From Octopus bimaculoides (lineage: Eukaryota): a DNA stretch of 43,311 nt. The notes below the pieces were generated by a model. The model searched no databases and was not told where the DNA came from. It saw only the letters and a list, made by a program, of their open reading frames with translations. Below, one piece after another: positions 1 to 12,561 of this stretch (positions are counted from its first letter, which is position 1; every line of letters begins with the position of its first letter). The translations under genes were made by a program, and so were the position numbers. The stretch is taken from the NCBI RefSeq assembly GCF_001194135.2, contig NC_068998.1:47172320-47215630 (forward strand). Reading direction: 5' to 3'.

Positions 1-159
1 CAATGGGCTTCTTCCAGTTTCCGTCTACCAAATCCACTCACAAGGCTTTGATCAGCTTGAGGCTATAGTAGAAAACACTTCTCCAAGGTGTCATGCAGTG
101 GGACTGAACCCGGAACCATGTGGTTGGGAAGCAAGTGTCTTACCACACAGCCGCGCCTG
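1..159 (-). mobile_element. SINE family A, 5' part
   Basis: Reverse complement of the tRNA-like head GGCTGTGTGGTAAG...GGTTCCGGGTTCAGTCCC and the CORE-like GGCACCTTGGGCAAGTG. Confidence 0.85.
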
Positions 160-491
160 GGAGTTTTTGCCTACTGATTACTTGGATAATCTCAACTAAT
201 TGAACTTTATCGATTCGCTATATTGCATATATAAGACCCTATTACATTAAATATGGCACCAATAGTGTGTGTGTGTGCGTGTGCGTGTGTGTGTAGATAT
301 TTGAAGACAGTAGTCACAATAGCAGTTTTAGCTGCACTAATTACGTTTAGTACTATGAATACCACCAGCACCACTACTATTGTAGAATTATTTGCATCAA
401 CTCTAATGATTTTGGTAATTGAGACAGAAAGAAGCAAACATTTACAGACATGCATGTACACTCAGAGATACACACACACACACGCTCAGAC

Positions 492-543
<52 letters not shown>

Positions 544-564
544 TTGTATGTGTGCTTCTGTATT

Positions 565-607
<43 letters not shown>

Positions 608-654
608 AATATATGAGTATATGCATATATATGTACATGTATGTATATACGTTC

Positions 655-800
655 ATCTACATGTACATATAGATACATAACTGGGAACATGACGTGGCAA
701 AAGAACAAGGACAAAATGGTAAACAAGGTGCACCAAACAAGCAGGCCACATAGAAACATCCCCTTCATCAGCTGCCACCATTAAAACTCCGGCGTTTCGA
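655..800 (-). mobile_element. Dispersed repeat P
   Basis: The reverse complement aligns collinearly with 30050-30200. Confidence 0.5.
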
Positions 801-802
801 AT

Positions 803-833
<31 letters not shown>

Positions 834-1400
834 TACACACACAGAAATATACATATTCACACAGAAATACTCTCAAAGACAAACAGAAATATATATACAT
901 ATATATACATATATATATATGTATGTAGACGTATACACAAACATATACATGCATTAACAGACAGACACATAAAGACATAAACACACATATGTACATACAT
1001 CCACCCACATACGCATACATTAACGGAAACACACACACACACATAAAAATACACATACACACATATGCACATACATCTACATCCACACACACACACACAC
1101 ACACGCACACACACACACACACACATACACACACACTCACTCACTCACTTAGATTTAATTATTGACCACTTGCTATGTTTACAATTCTATAATTATAGAG
1201 TGTTGTTAAAGTCAATAGTCTTTGTTTATTGCTCCCATTCATTGAGTTTCACTTCAGTAACATCAATGTAGAATGCCTGCAGGCTTGAGATTTCAATACT
1301 CCATGAGATTAGAAATTTCTAAAAATTCTGAAGAAAATAAATATTCTATAAATGGAATTATCTATTTACTCAATGAACGTTGTATTAATTTACATACATA

Positions 1401-1852
1401 GGTGCAGGAGTGGCTGTGTGGTAAGTAGCTTGCTTACCAACCATATGGTTTCGGGTTCCGTCCCACAGCGTGGCACTTTGGGCAAGTGTCTTCTACTATA
1501 GCCTCGGGCAGATCAAAGCCCTGTGAGTGGATTTGGTAGATGAGATGGAAACTGAAAACAGCCCGTCTTATATATGTATATGTGTGTGTGTGTGTGTGTG
1601 TGGGGGGTGTTTGTGTGTGTGTGTTTGTGTGTGTGTGTATGTTTGTGTGTCTGTGTTTTCCCCCTAGCATTGCTTGACAATCGATGCTGGTGTGTTTATG
1701 TCCCCGTCACTTAGTGGTTTGGCAAAAAGAGACTGATAGAATAAGTACTAGGCTTACAAAAGAATAAGTCCCGGGGTTGATTTGCTCAACTAAAGGGCAG
1801 TGTTCCAGCATGGCCGCAGTCAAATGACTGAAACAAGTGAAAGAGTAAAGAG
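1401..1852 (+). mobile_element. SINE family A, full-length (tRNA-derived)
   Basis: tRNA-like head, CORE-like ACTTTGGGCAAGTG, internal (TA)/(TG) tract, 3' GCATGGCCGCAGTCAAATGACTGAAACAAG. Consistent with described octopus tRNA-derived SINEs (OK/OR1/OR2 group); exact family not assigned. Confidence 0.9.
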
Positions 1853-2117
1853 GAAAGATACATTTCCCGTCACCACCGTCAATATTTTCATGTCCACTTT
1901 TCCATGCTTGCATGCGTAAGATGGAGTTTATGGAGGCAAACCTACCACAGCTGGATTCCTTTCCTGTTGTCAGCCATCACCTTGTTTCCCAAGTAAGGTA
2001 ATATTTCGCCATGTCCAGTCATGTTTTTGCTGAATATCATAAACGAATGACACTGCTTCTATGTCAGCAACAATCATTTACAACTACCACATGATGTCTA
2101 GGCACACACACACACAG

Positions 2118-2270
2118 AATAGGCTTCTTCCAGTTTCTGTCTACCAAATCCACTCACAAGGTTTGGGTTAACCTGAGACTAGAGCAGAAGACACTCGTCC
2201 AAGGTGCCACACAGTGGGACTGAACCAAGGACAACACAACTGAGTGGCAAGCTTCTTGCCCATACATGAT
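2118..2270 (-). mobile_element. SINE family A, 5' part
   Basis: Reverse complement of the family A head, degenerate. Confidence 0.75.
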
Positions 2271-2680
2271 AAGCCACGACATCCTGTAACATGTAATTTC
2301 TCTCCCACAGATCTTTGATTCTAATTCCTTGTCTAGGATCAAAGGATTTGAACAAAAATTAAAAATACAGGAGCTATCAAGATAAAGTCAACTGTCTATT
2401 CTTATAACATACTTCAATAAAAGATTGAAGAAGTGGTTCCATTTCTGCTTCGGCTGTCCCAGAAGCCAAGCTGTGGCCAAGACAAAGATCAAAGATGAAA
2501 ATAAAACACAAACATACGAATAAAAGAATTTAAGTCAATCCAAATCAGAGGAAATTTGCAAAGCATAATGTCTTGAATTGTAGGGTTTTTTTTTATATAT
2601 ATATTCTTCTTTCAAATCTTCATCAAAATAATGAGATTTTCAGTTGGGTGTGGGGATGGGGGAGAGATAGATAGATAAAC

Positions 2681-2712
<32 letters not shown>

Positions 2713-2888
2713 CATTTCAACAGACAACAATGAGGAACGTACATGGCAAAGAAATCAATGAGCTAACAACACCGCTAAATGACAGAAATAGCACTGACCG
2801 AAATTGCTAAAACAAGAAATATTGATGAAGGAATGAAGTTGGCTGGGAAGAAGAAGAAGGAAAAAAAAAACGAAAAAGACGCAAAGAA

Positions 2889-2920
<32 letters not shown>

Positions 2921-3111
2921 TAAAAATAGAAAAAACTGAAGCTCTTGAATATTGATTTCTTTATAACCAAGCAACAAGTGGAAGGATAAGGAGAGTGGCG
3001 TGACTAACTTTTAAAAGGGGTGGATGAAGAAATGATAGAACCAAGCCAAGTATATTACTGGTATACATCATCATCATTATCATTATTTTTGTGTCCACTT
3101 TTCCATGACGC

Positions 3112-3326
3112 TGTGGGGTGCTGAAAAGATCCTGGCTTTGGTTAAAAGAAAATACAGGAGGATCAGTTAATTATGATTTTATTGAACATATTCCCCTCTC
3201 AGACTCACACACTTATTACAGTGGTCCTTCAGTTTTTCTAAGCCCTGTAAAAGAACTTGGAAGGGTGAGCCTCCAATCAGGCCTTTCGCGACACCCTTAA
3301 AACCAGGAACTTTTCAGCACACATTT
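3112..3326 (-). mobile_element. Mariner-derived MITE (internal deletion derivative)
   Basis: 22-bp TIRs GTGCTGAAAAGATCCTGGCTTT (3118) and AAAACCAGGAACTTTTCAGCAC (ends 3320), 2 mismatches. The minus strand retains the transposase C-terminus LQGLEKLKDHCNKCVSLRGEYVQ*. Confidence 0.85.
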
Positions 3327-3721
3327 CTACATCTATTGCAGATCTCAAAGTTATGACATCCTGTAATTTATAGTTTCTCTACCACAAATCTTAAAGTTAT
3401 GACATACCATTACCATCAACTGTTAACGTCCACTTTTCCATGCTTGCATGTGACTAAGATGGAATTTGCTGAAGTGGGTTTTTAACTGTCAGATGCCCTT
3501 TCTGTCACCAACCTTCACCTGTTTCCCAGCAAAATAACATTTCCTACATGCCAAGACGTTTTTGCAGAATATTGGAAATGAAAATCATTCCTTCTGTCAC
3601 TAAATGCTGAGCAGATGAGCAGACAACAAACTGTGAATGGCCAGGATCAACCAGTTCGTTTAGTGAACTCTTGCTATCGTCTGTAGTTATAGTATATACA
3701 GATGGCGTGTTTCAGCTAGTG

Positions 3722-3875
3722 GAAGACCATCATCGTCATCATCATTTAACATCCGCTTTCCATGCTAGCATGGGTTGGACGATTTGACTGAGGACTGGCA
3801 AGCCAGAAGGCTGCACCAGGCTCCAATCTGATCTGGCAGAGTTTCTACAGCTGGATGCCCTTCCTAACACCAACC
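3722..3875 (-). mobile_element. Family D, 3' part
   Basis: Reverse complement of the family D tail. Confidence 0.8.
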
Positions 3876-4775
3876 AATGTTACTAAAACCCAGGCCAAGC
3901 ATTCATGACTCGTTGCTCAATCAGGATGTTTGGCAAGGAAGGGTTACACTAGTCCTGATAGGATGCCCCAGCCTGGATGATGGATGATCACATGTGACAC
4001 ACAGAACAGGACAGGCAAAGGGTTAAACAATGAAGCAATAAAACCTTCATAACTTAATAATATTATTTATATTCTAGTCATAATGACCAGAGAACAAATC
4101 TTTATCATATTTCTTGTAACTTAAGGACCGAGGAGAGCAAAACAATTCTTGTGACTGTAAATCATTCATCACTGCCTTCATTTCTATATTGGTGCTATAT
4201 AAGATGACCATTTCCAGATGCCAACTCGGTGAAATTCAATAATTGGAAAACTCAGAGATGAATTAGTTGATGAAGATATAATTACATATGACCATCTGAA
4301 TTCATTGCCTGACGATATGGTAGAGTAGTTCCAAGATAATTATTGCATTGTCTGTTTCAGTGTGGTATAGCAACCTGTTTCAAGTCCAAGTAGTCGATGT
4401 GATGTTGATTATAATTAATAAAGTTACAGTGGTGCCACAATGTGATATCAGTTCCAAGGCTAACAAGATTTGTGCTATTACCAAAGTTTGATGAATTCTT
4501 ACTTTAAAATAAATAGAATCACTTCAAGTTAATTCCATTTACTTTCTCAACATCCAACTTGGTAGAGACTGGTTCTAGCCATGTCAATACCTTGTCATCT
4601 GTACAAAGCAGTAGTTTGGGTAAAAGCAGGTGAAGATGACTGATTTTAAATCCATTGTGACTACATTAGCATAATAGTCAAAAGGGTCACACTGGTATCA
4701 AAAAATAGCACCTGTGTACCAAACATAGAGTGTTATGTACTTTGCAGTGCTTTCATTAAGGAATCTTGTGATGCT

Positions 4776-4826
<51 letters not shown>

Positions 4827-5199
4827 TTTCGCTATTTTCCAAGAATTAACCATTTTCTTCTTTTTCTATTTTTTAAAATATCCATAGTATAGGTGAGCAG
4901 TTAAAGAATTTTCCACATGATAGCAAAATGGTGACCCCCTAAAAGGTTGAGAATTCCTGTTTTAGAACAAAGCCTAACTAGTTGTTATTGTTTAACTCTA
5001 AATCAGCCACAACTGAACAGATCCATAATCGAAGACATTCCAACCATAACCATCCTGTCAATAACTACATCGTCCAATGTGTCCTTCTTCTTCCTATAAA
5101 GGCATGATGTGACTTGAGGGAGATTCGGTTAGTATTTCTAGCAGGCTGACTACAGGTTCTATGCTAGAGATTATACTAAACACATGGTCTGCAATATAT

Positions 5200-5410
5200 T
5201 ATGTTAATCCGTCATCTGGTTTAATGCCAAATGGTGTTGGCGCTGCAGTAAAAATGTGGTTGAGATTAGGAACAGCATCCAGCTGTAGAAACCATGCCAA
5301 AATAGACACTGGAGCACAATGCAGTTATCTGACTTGTCGCATCGTCTCAAACCATCAGACTCATGTCAGCATGGAAGTCAGACATTAAATGATGATGATG
5401 ATGATAATGA
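5200..5410 (+). mobile_element. Family D, degenerate
   Basis: TAGGAACAGCATCCAGCTGTAGAAACC...GCATGGAAGTCAGACATTAAATGATGATG. Confidence 0.7.
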
Positions 5411-5600
5411 TGACCTGACCTCAAACCAAATTCTTGAATTACTATGCCAATCAAGGAAACAACTTGGGAGTTTCCTATCACCAACAGACAACCGCTTTGA
5501 CCTCAACACAAGATCTGCGACATACAAAGAACTGCTCAAAACCCCCAAAACAAGACCTCGGACTTAACAAAGAACTGTCTCCGCACTGTTAGATACCATT
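5410..5600 (+). mobile_element. Possible decayed LINE (L2-like) 3' coding remnant
   Basis: QLGSFLSPTDNRFDLNTRSATYKELLKTPKTRPRT*QRT loosely resembles the L2-type ORF2 end (LHxLLP...YNLR...PxxRTxRYxxSF). Confidence 0.3.
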
Positions 5601-6040
5601 TGTGTTGTTATGACTTGGTGAATCACTATCTTTCAAACAATTCTGTCATCAGATGCCAAACGAGCCATGTTTATGTACATGGAATGCCACAATTTTATAA
5701 AACAAATATCCATCAAAATCAGTTACATTTGGGACTATTGAGGCTGATTTTCTAGGGTCGGATGCCCTTCTTGTCAACCGTCACTTGTTTCTAAGGAGAG
5801 GTAATATTTCTGTGTGGCCAGGCATCTTTTTCATAGAAGATTGGAAACAAACAACACTCCTTGTATGATGGTGATGCTTATTTGCACCCATCATGTGATG
5901 TCAAGACAAGGGTATACACACACACACACATACATACAGATTGATGTAGGTATAGATGTACATACATACACACACACATATAGATAGATGAATATACACA
6001 TACATACACATATATAGATAGATGTAGATATACATACACT

Positions 6041-6303
6041 GCCAGTGCCCCTGGACTGGCTTGTGCGGGTGGCACATAAAAGACACCATTTCGAGCGTGG
6101 CCGTTTTCGTGCGGGTGACACGTAAAAGCACCCACTACACTCTCTGAGTGGTTGGCGTTAGGAAGGGCATCCAGCTGTAGAAACTCTGCCAAATCAGACT
6201 GGAGCCTGGTGTTGCCATCCGGTTTCACCAGTCCTCAGTCAAATCGTCCAACCCATGCTAGCATGGAAAGCGGACGTTAAACGATGATGATGATGATGAT
6301 GAT
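6041..6303 (+). mobile_element. SINE-like family D, (GAT)n tail
   Basis: GTTGGCGTTAGGAAGGGCATCCAGCTGTAGAAACTCTGCC...CCATGCTAGCATGGAAAGCGGACGTTAAACGATGATG. The last ~45 bp is repeated at 6354-6395. Confidence 0.85.
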
Positions 6304-6398
6304 GACACACACACATACACAACACACATAGATATACACACACACATACACAACATGCTAGCATGGAAGGCGGACGTTAAACGACGATGATGATGAAA

Positions 6399-6460
<62 letters not shown>

Positions 6461-7127
6461 CACTCACAAGATGGTCTTCTTTTCAGTTTGTTTACCAGAT
6501 CCATTCACAATGCTTTGATCAATCCCTATTGCAAATAATTTTTAAGCAACTTTTTTTCTTTTTTTCTGACGAGTAGGAAGAGGAGGAAGATAAAATAATT
6601 AACTTCTCGTTATGGAATGATGTGTGAAACATAATTTAATAAAATGCTATTACATCTAATTTTAATGAGCTGTCTTAATCTAAATATGCACACATTGACA
6701 CAGACAATTTGGCGTTGTAGAACCAGCAATTATAGCAGAAGAAACAAAAGATTCTCGTTAACCTAATAAAATAGATTAGACAGTTGTCAATTGAAGTTCA
6801 TTAAACATTGATTAGAGGAGTGTAACAATGCATCATGATAACAATGACAGGTAACTAGGTAGGTAGGTAGGAAGACGACAGGTAGATATGTAGATGGATC
6901 TTTGTAACACCAATACTTTGATTAGTGGAATGTTACAGTTTAGTGACAACAGTTAGACAGGTGGGTAAATAGACAGGTAGGTAGGTAGGTAGGCAGGTAG
7001 ACAAATAGGTAAGTAGGTGTGTCTTTGTGACTACATACTGATGTTATCTATTGTGCACATCTCATTTCATACTTGAAGCCTCTAGTAGCAGTAGCCATAG
7101 CAGCAGCAGCAACAACAGTAATAATAA

Positions 7128-7187
<60 letters not shown>

Positions 7188-8080
7188 CAGCAGCAGCAGT
7201 AATAGTAGTTGGTTAAACCCTAGGTCAACTCTGACTGAGCAGTCCTACGATCAACACACACTCCAGCCCCATCCACTGTGTCTTATTTACCCAGGGTGGG
7301 ATCTTTGGCACTACACAATGGCACCCTGTTCTGGTGTAAGTATAACTTCCAATGCCAAAGTTTCAGACAAGTCCTTCCAGGATCTTCAAGATGTATATCA
7401 CAGCATATCTTTCCTGTCTTCATTTATTCCTTTTTATTTCTGTTTTTGGTTTTTATTTTACTTGTTTCAGTTATAATACTACGACCATGCTGGGGCACTT
7501 ATTTATTTATCCCAAAGGACCTTTAATCTCCTCCACCCCACCCCATCAATCCATTCTACTGCTATGAATGAAGGTAAAGTTTGAACTTAGAATGTAAAGA
7601 GTCAGAACAGATACCAAAAGGCTTTTTAACAACCTGACACTCTAACAATATCACCAATCCGCCATGACAGACTGGCACCATATTTATCAATCCCTGGAAG
7701 GACAAAAGGCAAAGATACCAAGGCAGGATTTGAACTCACCACACAGAGAGCCAAAACAAGAATCTACAAGATACTCTGTCCACAATCAATTCACAACCTT
7801 CATCTCTCCAGTGTCAGTACAAATACCAGTTAAAAACAACAGGCTTCCATACAGTTTCCATCTATTAAACACAACAGGCTTCCACACAGTTTCCATCTAT
7901 TAAATTCTGCTCACAAGGGTTTGGTCAACTGAAGTTGATAAGATAATGTTAAGAGTTTTTCATTCTTCCAGGCTTGATAAAATAAAGCCTCAGTCAAACA
8001 ATACTAGGGTTGAATTAATTTACTAAAACCCCTCCCCTCAAATTGCTAGCTTTGTGCCTTAATTAGAAATTTACCATCGA

Positions 8081-8389
8081 TAGAAACAATTGCAGCATGG
8101 AAGGCACAAGTTAGCCATTCAGAAACACACAAAGACAAAACTTCACTAAAACATTTATTATTTGTTTATACGGTGTGAACATTTTCGTTGTTCTTAACCG
8201 CAACCTGGTCACTGTCAAGATTGTTGCACACACCTCACCGTGCCCTCCTGATTCTCTCTCCAACAGGTTGCAGCTTGCAGACCTGAAAATGTTCACACTA
8301 TATTACAAACAATAAATGTTTAAGTGAAGTTAACTGTTTTTGTGTTTCTGAACGGCCAACTTGAACCGGCAATGCAACAATGGTTTTAG
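8081..8389. repeat. Imperfect inverted repeat, ~105-bp arms, ~95-bp spacer
   Basis: 8081-8187 aligns with the reverse complement of 8283-8389 (e.g. TTCAGAAACACA, AACTTCACT, AAACATTTATT, GTGTGAACATTTTC). Confidence 0.85.
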
Positions 8390-8451
8390 TTTCAACACAA
8401 CCTCAGATCAAAACACTGGCCATGCAAGAACATCTTTGTATTATCATCAAT

Positions 8452-8698
8452 CATCATCATCATCGTTTAACGTCTGCTTTCCATGCTAGCATGGGTTGGA
8501 CGATTTGACTGAGGACTGGTGAACCAGATGGCGCCACCAGGCTCCAATCTGATTTGGCAGAGTTTCTGCAGCTGGATGTCCTTCCTAACGCCAACCACTC
8601 CGAGAGTGTAGTGGGTGCTTTTACGTGCCACTGGCACGAAGGCCAGTCGGGCGGTACTGCCAACGGCCACGCTCAAAATGGTGTATTCTACGTGCCCC
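8452..8698 (-). mobile_element. Family D
   Basis: Reverse complement, near consensus. Confidence 0.85.
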
Positions 8699-8971
8699 TT
8701 TACCATTTAGATTAGTCTGTCTAATGTAAAGACCTTCTCTGGTCATGAACGAAAATGGGATTGCACCTAGAAAGTTCCCTGCCGATGCACAAGTCTAAGG
8801 AAAGGTTGTTTTGTGGAAGATTAGCAATCACTCATGCATACCAGCCACTCCTTCCTCCGAGGCAAAGGCCAATACAGCTTGGCACCAGTGAGTCACAACT
8901 CATTTCTACAGTTGAGTGACCCAGAGCAACGTAGAAAGAATTATTATGATTATTATTATGATTATTATTAA

Positions 8972-9181
8972 AGCAGTGAGCTGGCAGAATCGTTAGCACG
9001 CCGAGCGAAATGCTTAGCGGTATTTCGTCTGTCTTCACGTTGAGATCAAATGCAGCTGGGGTCGATGTTGCCTTTCATCCTTTCGGGGTCGATAAATTAA
9101 GTACCAGTTATGCACTGGGGTCGATGTAATCGACTCAATCCCTTCCCCCAAATTTGAGGCTTTGTGCTTCCAATAGAAAAG

Positions 9182-9220
<39 letters not shown>
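8972..9220 (+). mobile_element. SINE family B, full-length, (ATT)n tail
   Basis: GAGCTGGCAGAATCGTTAGCACG head, central TTGCCTTTCATCCTTTCGGGGTCGATAAATTAAGTACCAG, tail AGAAAAGATTATTATT. Confidence 0.9.
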
Positions 9221-9223
<3 letters not shown>

Positions 9224-11339
9224 ATAGCTAATTCATTGTGATTTTTCTATTCTAGGTTCAATTCCTGTCGTGTTTTAACTTTGCCTTTCCTGCTTTGAGA
9301 TTTGGGAAGGTTTTACAATAAACAGAAACAAGTACCAGTAGTATACTATTGTCTAAAACAAAAAGGTCAGCTTAAACACCTTGTGTATATGTGTATGTAT
9401 ATATATGTGTGTGTGTATATACATATATATATATATAAACTCATTCATTGGTTTTCAACATATGTGTCTACATGCACATGAGGGTTTATACACATACATG
9501 ATTATATACATACATATATATATATATATTTATGCATGTACCTCTTTATATAGAAATATCTAAGTGTATACAGATATATATATATAAATGGTAACCTTTG
9601 TGTGTGCGTGTGTGTGTATATGTGTGTGTGTATGTATGTGTGTGTGTATATATGTTTGTGTGTGTGTATGTATATATATATATATATATATATATACACA
9701 AATACATACACACACACACACACACACATACACACACTTTCTTCAGCAAAATTTAACCTTGATGTCCTTAGTCTAAAACAAATACATTATATTACTAAAA
9801 CAGACGCAGCACGTCCTGTGATAATAATAATAGTAATAATAATAAGAATAATAATAATAAGGATGATGATGGTGAGGAGGGGGAGGATAATAATAATTAA
9901 TAATAAACCCTAACAAATTGGCGGGAGAAGTGATTGAAGAGAGTTGCCGAGGTAACGGGCTGCAAGCCATCAGTGAAACAGAAATACGAAGAGATGCTGA
10001 AGAAGCAGTAGCGTTACTACAGCTCATCTTTATCCAAACAGATTGGTTACATCAGACATGACGATGGAGGTGGTGGCAGTGGTGGGCGAGAGGGGGATGG
10101 GGGAGATTTCATACAGGAAAGTCAATACAGTGGAACGACGGTTTATTGTTGTTATTGTTGTTGTTGTCGATATTGTTGTTTTTGGTGCTGTTTAACTCTA
10201 GGTCAACCATGGCTGAGCAAAGTAGATGATGAAAGATATTCTATCCCCTTTTTTTCTTCTTCTTGGTTAGTCTCTTCTCAAGTCTGTGAAAGATGAACCC
10301 TCACAGATCAGTCGTTAGTAATTGAGATGTTTGTGCAGTACATGAGCTCATGCCCTTCATCAAATCAACAGGGCCTTCCCAGGTGCACAGTGTGCGACAC
10401 AAGATAAAGAGTTTTGCTATAAAGAGCACAATGCATTGCCTAGTCCAGGGATTGAAACTACGACCTTGCATTCATGGGTGCAACACCTTAACCATTAAAG
10501 CACATGCCCTCGCTTTGTCAAAGAGTGTGTCCTTTTTTTTTTTATCCCAAGACAGTAAGTGTGTGATTTCAGCAAGATTTGGCTGACATTTCTAGCAAGC
10601 AGAGTGACTATGTAGAGGCTCACCCATTAAATCACATAAATGACTAGTAGTAGAGAGGGGGTGGCAGGGAAAGGATGGTGGTAATGGTGGGAGTAGAAGT
10701 GATAAGAAGAAGAAGAAGAAGATGAAGTGAATCCCAGCTGAGGTTAATTTCACTCCACACTGAGAATAAGAAGACACCTGATACCACCTCCTCCTCTCTT
10801 CCCCCCTCTCTCTCTCCCTCACTTCTACTCTGTCTTTCTCATTCCTTTTCTTTGTCTCTCTCTCCCCTCTCTCTCTCCGTTTCTGTCTCTTCCTCTCTCC
10901 TCTATTTCTCTTCCTCTCTTAACCATCCTCATTTCTTCTGTTTCTCTTCCTCTCTCACTCTCTCTCTCATTCATTCATTCCTTTTCTTTGTCTCTCCTCC
11001 CCCTCCCTCACTCATTTATTCCTTCTCTGTCACCTCCCTCTTTCATTTATTCATTCATTGCTTCATCATCATTGTTTTAACATCCACTTTTCAAGGCTTG
11101 CAAGGATCAAATGGAATTTATTGAGAAAGATTTTTTTTCTATGGCTGGATACCTTTACTGTCACCAACCCTCATCTGTTTCCAAGCAAGGTGCTTGGATA
11201 TAGATGACTATAGATGCTTAGATATAGATGACTGGTGATTGGTTGTGCTCAAGAAGACCTGCCCATCACAGCAAAAATGATATCCTAAAATCACCTTATT
11301 TATACATGTACGTATAGGGTGGTAGGTGGCCTTCCCTAC

Positions 11340-11497
11340 TCTTATTTCTTTATTGCCCACAAGGGGCTAAACATAGAGGGGACAAACAAGGACAAAGGGA
11401 TTAAGTCGATTACATCGACCCCAGTGTGTGACTGGTACTTAATTTATCGACCCCAAAAGGATGAAAGGCAAAGTCGACCTTGGCGGAATTTGAACTC
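11340..11497 (-). mobile_element. SINE family B, variant tail
   Basis: Reverse complement of the family B core with a different 3' tail. Confidence 0.8.
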
Positions 11498-12025
11498 CCA
11501 TCACTCCTCTATCTATGGTACTACTCAGCTGCTGTAACCACCTGAGAGCAGAATCAGTACACATTACATCCTCTTTATCCTTTCTTTGCACTTTTAGTCA
11601 CCTCTCCCCCAGGAACCACTTCTATCTCTCTCGTCATCACCTCTTCCCATGTTATTTCCGCCAATCACCTCCTTTATATACCTCCAGCCATTGCTCTCTG
11701 TCCCCTCTGCCATACTCCGTCCTTAACACCTCAAACATTTGCTAGCATTCTCAGGGCCCTCTCATATCCGCCATCACCCCCCCCCAACTTACCACAGTAC
11801 CCACCCACTCCATCCACCCTTATGCACCTCCACATCTCTCTCCCTCCCTACTGTTTCTACACTATGCATATCATCCCCCCCCAACATGTACCCATACATG
11901 CATGTATGGGTACAGGACGTCAAAAAAACAATGTGAACAAAATAAAAAACGAGAACATAAAAAAAACGAAAACATGGAAAACAAACATTTTTTCGAACAA
12001 TGAAAGAAACAAACAGAAATGTTCA

Positions 12026-12048
12026 NNNNNNNNNNNNNNNNNNNNNNN
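12026..12048. other. Assembly gap (N run); others at 17600-17706, 29985-30040, 35505-35682, 41682-41898
   Basis: N characters. Confidence 1.
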
Positions 12049-12115
12049 GTCCTGTACCCATATATGCATGTATATATACATATATATCTAGGTATGTACA
12101 TATATGTATGTATAT

Positions 12116-12418
12116 CATCATCATCATCATCGTTTAATGTCCGCTTTCCATGCTAGCATGGGTTGGACGATTTGACTGAGGACTGGTGGACCAGGAGGTG
12201 ACACTAGGCTCCAATCTAATTTGGCAGAGTTTCTACAGCTGGATGCCCTTCCTAACGCCAACCACTCCAAGAGTGTAGTGGGTGCTTTTACGTGCCACCG
12301 GCATGAGGGCCAGTCAGGCGGTACTGGCGATGGCCACGCTCGAAATGGTGTATTTTACGTGTCACCTGCACAGGAGCCAGTCCAGGGCCACTGGCAACAA
12401 TCTCGCTCGAATGTCTTA
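12116..12418 (-). mobile_element. Family D, longest copy
   Basis: Reverse complement, with internal repeats of GGTG(G/A)CACGTAAAA. Confidence 0.85.
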
Positions 12419-12466
12419 TATGTATGCACATATATCTAGGTATGTACATATATATGTATGTATATA

Positions 12467-12505
<39 letters not shown>

Positions 12506-12527
12506 TATTATTATTATCATATATATC

Positions 12528-12561
<34 letters not shown>

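Noticed and set aside
2311-2520. LRR-like peptide IFDSNSLSRIKGFEQKLKIQELSR after an acceptor-like CCCACAG
   Set aside because: There is an in-frame stop before any donor, and the acceptor belongs to a short repeat also present at 3355-3392.
5620-5665. Minus-strand CTGATGA...GAAA
   Set aside because: Stem II closing pair and stem III/NUH cannot form.
7835-7903. ~35-bp tandem duplication
   Set aside because: Real, but an ordinary slippage event inside a decayed SINE A fragment.
6041-12418. CRISPR-like or regularly spaced repeats
   Set aside because: The recurrent motifs are dispersed SINE copies with irregular spacing in a eukaryotic context; there are no unique equal-length spacers or cas genes.
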